NCBI GenBank assembly: GCA_950097015.1
Contig: CATNEN010000038.1
Coordinates: 17,050,001-17,114,000, forward strand
DNA length: 64,000 nucleotides
Direction: 5' to 3'
DNA from: Macrostomum hystrix
Taxonomy: Eukaryota; Animalia; Platyhelminthes
This document shows positions 59,046-64,000 of the stretch, piece by piece. Position 1 is the stretch's first letter, and each line of letters opens with the position of its first letter. Made by a program: the position numbers and the translations under genes. The notes beneath the pieces were generated by a model. The model saw only the letters and a program-made list of their open reading frames with translations, was not told where the DNA came from and made no database searches.

Positions 59046-59997
59046 TCTGCGGGATCCCCATTCTTGATCCATGATTTTAGAGATGCCTGAAATCCTGATC
59101 AAAGAGGGCTCAAATATATTATAAGTTAGAATATATGTTAGTATATAAAATAATCAAATTTATTTCTCTCTGGAAAAAAGTCATAAATCACTAAAGTTAA
59201 CGAACTGAAAGCGACTTCATTGACGCCCGTTGATAAAAAAAAGCGAAAGCTAGCTGGGTGTGGCTGAGATAAGGAAATCAGACAGTTCTACTGTATATCC
59301 AAGAGTTGTCGCCGAATTTTCATCAGTCCAATTATCGCCTCGGAGACGACTCGGAGAAAAATAAGAATTTGATCTAGATATCCGAGCGTCAGCCAATCAA
59401 AATTTGCCTGCAGTCCCAGCCGTCAGACTAACTGATTAGATAATCAGCGACTCGACAGTGGTCGACTCATGATCAACGATGATTGCTGAATCCTCTCCCT
59501 AATTTAAGCCCGGACTCTGCATATAAGCTGTAGGATAAACTAAGTTTTCTTCTCCCATTTTTTCGATCTACGAGGGTAGCTGCTAGTTGAGCGGAATAAT
59601 TGATAATTACACAGACTGATGGGAGAACTGTTTGACACTTATAGATTGTTTCGCGCTTGTGCGTGAGTTCTGCTTGCATCATGGAGATAAATTTGAGTAG
59701 CGAAAACACTAATGAATGATTGTTACACTCCAAGGGGATTAAATCTAAATATACTGAAGATCTGGAGTTCGAGTCTGCAGCTAATCTCTATAATTTTTGT
59801 AAAGTTTACAGGTATTAATTTACAAAGAGTTTTTTATTAATGAATAATCCAAAGCGAGGTGTGGGTGTGAGGAAAAGGGAATAGTTAATCAGCTCGAGTG
59901 CCTACTTGCGAGATTATGGCCTTTATTGTCTGCAAAGTAGGTGCTGATTTCAGCTAAATGAAAAAAACAAGTGGCTTTTATTGTCTTCACGTTGAAT

Positions 59998-60920
59998 TCT
60001 TTGTGCGGTCCACCAACCCCTCCTCCGACTCTTTGTGCTATCCGCCAACCCCTCCTCCGACTCTTTGTGCTGTCCACCAACCTCTCCTCCGAATCTTTGT
60101 GCTGTCCGCCACCTCCTCCGACTCTTTGTGCTGTCCGCCAACCCCTCCTCCGACTCTTTGTGCTGTCCACAAACCTCTCCTCCGAATCTTTGTGCTGTCC
60201 GCCACCTCCTCCGACTCTTTGTGCTGTCCGCCACCTCCTCCTCCGGCTCTTTGTGCTGTCCGCCATCTCCTCCTCCGATTCTTTGTGCTGTCCACCACCC
60301 TTCCTCTGACTCATTGTGTAGTCCGCCACCCCTCCTCCAATTCTTTGTGCTGTCCACCACCCTTCATCCGACTCTTTGTGGAGTCCGCCACCCCCTCCAA
60401 TTCCTCCAGTTGTTAATGAAGTCCGCCACCCCCTCCGATTCCTCCAGTTGTTAATGAAGTCCGCCACCCCCTCCGATTCCTCCAGTTGTTAATGAAGTCC
60501 GCCACCCCCTCCAATTCCTCCAGTTGTTAATGAAGTCCGCCACCCCCTCCGATTCCTCCAGTTGTTAATGAAGTCCGCCACCCCCTCCAATTCCTCCAGT
60601 TGTTAATGAAGTCCGCCACCCCCTCCAATTCCTCCAGTTGTTAATGAAGTCCGCCACCCCCTCCAATTCCTCCAGTTGTTAATGAAGTCCGCCACCCCCT
60701 CCGATTCCTCCAGTTGTTAATGAAGTCCGCCACCCCCTCCAATTCCTCCAGTTGTTAATGAAGTCCGCCACCCCCTCCAATTCCTCCAGTTGTTAATGAA
60801 GTCCGCCACCCCCTCCAATTCCTCCAGTTGTTAATGAAGTCCGCCACCCCCTCCGATTCCTCCAGTTGTTAATGAAGTCCGCCACCCCCTCCGATTCCTC
60901 CAGTTGTTAATGAAGTCCGC
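59998..60920. repeat. Two fused related minisatellites (~32-bp then 38-bp)
   Basis: CCGACTCTTTGTGCTGTCCGCCAACCCCTCCT (to ~60380) grades into GTCCGCCACCCCCTCC(G/A)ATTCCTCCAGTTGTTAATGAA. Confidence 0.95.
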
Positions 60921-62024
60921 AGAAAACTAAGACAAACTAAGAAGCGGCAGGTAGCGAATGAAATGAAAGAAAAAGGTGCCAGAACAGAATTGCAGCGATG
61001 CATAATGTAAAAGACAAAAAACACTTGCATTTCACAGAGACAATGCCAAAAACGCTTCTGAACTAAACTAACCGAGTCCACCCCATTTGTATCCTTCTAC
61101 TTGTGCTAATCAGGCGGTCTGCCATTGGAAATGCCGCAAATTGATGAAGCTGATGATGCGGCTGGATGCTAGGATGCTGGCCCTGTCGCATCTCACAATT
61201 CTTTTGTTCCAAGCCGCCCGCGTTCCGGTAGGGGGGAGGTGCTCCGGGCTACGTCTTATACGCGACAAAAATTTCACTACACACATACTCATTCACTTCA
61301 TTAATTCATTCATCTATTACACGTGAGACCAAAGCATTATGAGGCGGTAACAATTAGCAAACTAAAATTTACCTACAGTCAGAGAAATTTGATCAATTTA
61401 AATTTTGTGCTAGTTTTTAATAGTCATGTGACATTAGAAATGAATGATAGCTAGCTAGAATTGCATCACAATTGCTATACGAGCTACAACAATAGGTTCA
61501 AACTCTAATTCTTTAATTCCCTTTGAGGCTGGAACAGACGGAGAACTCAAGAGACTCAATTGAGCTGCCATATATAGAGACACACACAAACGCGTCTGAC
61601 AAATTATGAATGCAGAGCTATACAAATGACAAAATGGTAATTCAGTAAAGAGACATTCTGGGGCATCCTGTAGGTGGCAGGTTTCTCACCCAAAAAAATA
61701 CTTTTTGGCTACTATTTTCTCACTTCTCTCTTTTTGCGCCTTTGCTGTCATTCTTCTCATTGGTTAAATTGTTAGCTGCTGACTTGCTGAGTGAGTTACT
61801 CAATTCTGAGAAGTTTGAGGGACACACATCAGATTATTAGTCATCATCACAAGGAAAAGCATCACCATTAGTCAAAGTGTTGACTATTAAAAAAACTATC
61901 GTTGAACTGCTAGTAGGTAAGAAGTGGGCAGTGCAGCAAATTATTACAGGAAAGCAACAGTCTTGGAGGTAGAGAGGTTAAATGAGAAATGGGGTAGATT
62001 AGGAATTTGCTTGATTTGGAAGAG

Positions 62025-62570
62025 AAATGTGAGGAAGGGTAGATGATTAAGGCGTAGATGAGGAAGGAATAGATGAGGAAGGGATAGATGAGGAAGGAGT
62101 AGGTAGATAAGGAAGGAATAGATGTGGAAGGAATAGATGAGGAAGGGATAGATGAGAAAGGTGTAGATAAGTATGGGCTAGATGTGGAAGGGATAGATGA
62201 GGAAGGGATAGATGAGGAAGGAGTAGATGAGGAAGTGGTAGATGAGGATGGGCTAGATAAGGAAGGGGTAGATGTGGAATGAATAGATGAGGAAGGGATA
62301 GATGAGAAAGGTGTAGATAAGTATGGGCTAGATGTGGAAGGGCTAGATGAGGAAGGGATAGATGTGGAAGGGATAGATGAGGAAGGGATAGATGAGGAAG
62401 GGATGGATGACAAAGGCGTAGATGAGGAAGTGGTAGATGAGGAAGGCGTAGATGAGGAAGTGGTAGATGAGGAAGGCGTAGATGAGGAAGTGGTAGATAA
62501 GTATGGGCTAGATGTGGAAGGGATAGATGAGAAAGGGGTAGATGAGAAAGGGGTAGACGAGGAAGGGGTT
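62025..62570. repeat. 15-bp minisatellite
   Basis: Unit TAGATGAGGAAGGGA. Confidence 0.94.
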
Positions 62571-63289
62571 GAGAGGTTAGTATAGTTGAGAGGTTAATTG
62601 TGGCATGGGATAGAATGAAAAAGAATGAGAACAATAGCTGGTGAATCGGAGAAACGGAGTCAACAGGGAATTGACACATATGTAGCCCTGTCGACATACA
62701 ACTATAGTCGACATACAACTATAGGCACAGATTCTCGAACTAAAAATATTGAATAGACTGCAGCCTTGAAGTCTAAATCTGTAAATCTGACAATTATATG
62801 AATTTAGTTCGCAACACCCTTTTCTATAGCTTAATGGGGGGCTTAGGTCGGAAATCATATTGTCTATAGCTGACTATTTCGGAGAAAAAAAAGAATGAAA
62901 AAACGCACTAATTATAAAAAAATAGATGAGACATTGCTGCAACATAAAATTCGGATTTTATCTGATTTCGCATTAACTAGCTATAGTGCATACGATAATT
63001 TATGCGCATTGTTGTGTTGTGTTAAAAAAAATAGCTGCTATCGTGAGGTCGTGAGGTCTGCATGTGTTTAATCATTTCAGTTCATACATTCTGACACTCC
63101 AGTTTGTGTTTCTTTCTGCGTACTAAAATTTTTCTAACCACTTTATAATAACCACCTTATTTGTAGCGAACCAGTGAATAGCAAAGGTACTGTTTGAAAT
63201 CTTATTTGTTTGTCCACGAACTTAGTCAAACTTTGCTATATTAATAATAAATTTTGCTAAACCAGATACTAGCTTAAGGTATTAACTTA

Positions 63290-64000
63290 CCGGGTGGCCC
63301 ATGCGTTTAAGGACAACCTTAAAAATAGAAGAAAGCAAAGCCAGCGGTAGCTAGAGCATAATAGTTTTGGTCATAGACAAAATAGTATCTATATAGTCTG
63401 TAGCTGCCGCGAAAATTTTCGGCAACTTAGCATTAGCCATGAATCGCGCTAAACGTTTGATGGTGGTAGACCAGCTCGCGCGGGGTATAAGCCCAGCACA
63501 GATAGCAGAGAACCTCAATGTTGCAAGGTCGTTTGTTTACGCCGTCAAGAGCGACATTGAAGAAGTTGGAGCTGCTGCGGCAGTTGAAAGGAGACTCCAG
63601 CTCTGCTGCGGAGGAACACCGCTATATGCCTCGCCAGCAACATGCCAAAGGTGCCATGTTTCTCGGTGTCGTGGCTTCGGACGGCAGGGTGGCTCCCCCG
63701 ATCTGGAGTGAAAATCAACTCAGCCGAGTACATCCGCATGCTGCAGGATCATGTACTGCCATGGATTCGACACAACTTTGCCCCAGGTACGTTTGTTTTT
63801 CAGCAGGACGGCGCTCCTGCCCACACGGCTGTCGCTACTCAAGAATTTCTTCGCCGGGAGCTCGGCGAGGACTTCTGGGATGCGACCACTTGGCCACCAT
63901 CGAGTCCAGACTGTTCCCCTCTCGATTACTTTGTGTGGAACAACGTGGCCCGCGTTGCATGTTTAACAACTTATGCTACCGTGGAGACTCTCCAAGTTGC
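63290..64000 (+). mobile_element. Internally deleted Tc1/mariner-superfamily transposon (maT-like), truncated by the window end
   Basis: TA at 63288-63289 followed by CCGGGTGGCCCA (TIR-like). HTH-like N-terminus MNRAKRLMVVDQLARGISPAQIAENLNVARSFVY at 63439. After a deletion and frameshifts: MFLGVVASDG / GVKINSAEYIRMLQDHVLPW...FQQDGAPAH...WPPSSPDCSPLDYFVW. Confidence 0.9.

Noticed and set aside
61073-61195. Candidate first exon of the GFRalpha-like gene (MRQGQHPS...GVDS|GTTAGT)
   Set aside because: Phase-0 donor and no hydrophobic core; the exon at 57947 needs phase 1.

Overview
Eukaryotic (animal) genomic DNA. GC-rich exons sit in AT-rich introns, and roughly 40% of the window is made of about 30 distinct micro- and minisatellites. 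This architecture resembles the flatworm Macrostomum (inference, not checked). Most long ORFs in the supplied track are translated satellites. Genes reconstructed by hand with phase-consistent GT-AG junctions: (1) a 5-exon RDH11/12/13-like short-chain dehydrogenase (+, 301-5093); (2) two convergent secreted WSC + PAN/apple-like paralogues (9229-10472 +, 11233-12120 -) sharing a 96%-identical inverted block; (3) a single-exon RRxS-rich disordered ORF (15218-15961 -); (4) two tandem neuropeptide precursor genes absent from the ORF track as complete genes (20027-20280 -, 20681-25590 -), one predicting a 31-mer ending in -RIRM-amide with an NPY/NPF-type phase-2 intron; (5) a GPI-anchored GFRalpha/GAS1-like receptor with four GDNF domains and a RECK-like C-terminal region (-, 34804-57947, first exon not found). 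Mobile DNA: two tRNA-derived SINE families, a decayed LINE RT, a decayed THAP/P-type remnant, a 32-bp TIR-only mini-element with 8-bp TSD, and a deleted maT-like (DD38D) transposon. The best novelty candidate is a ~0.3-kb non-coding insert (44772-45150). It carries a type I hammerhead ribozyme between Pol III A/B-box-like motifs, at the tip of a long rod-like hairpin, and is flanked by 29-bp direct repeats, resembling a retrozyme or ribozyme-SINE.
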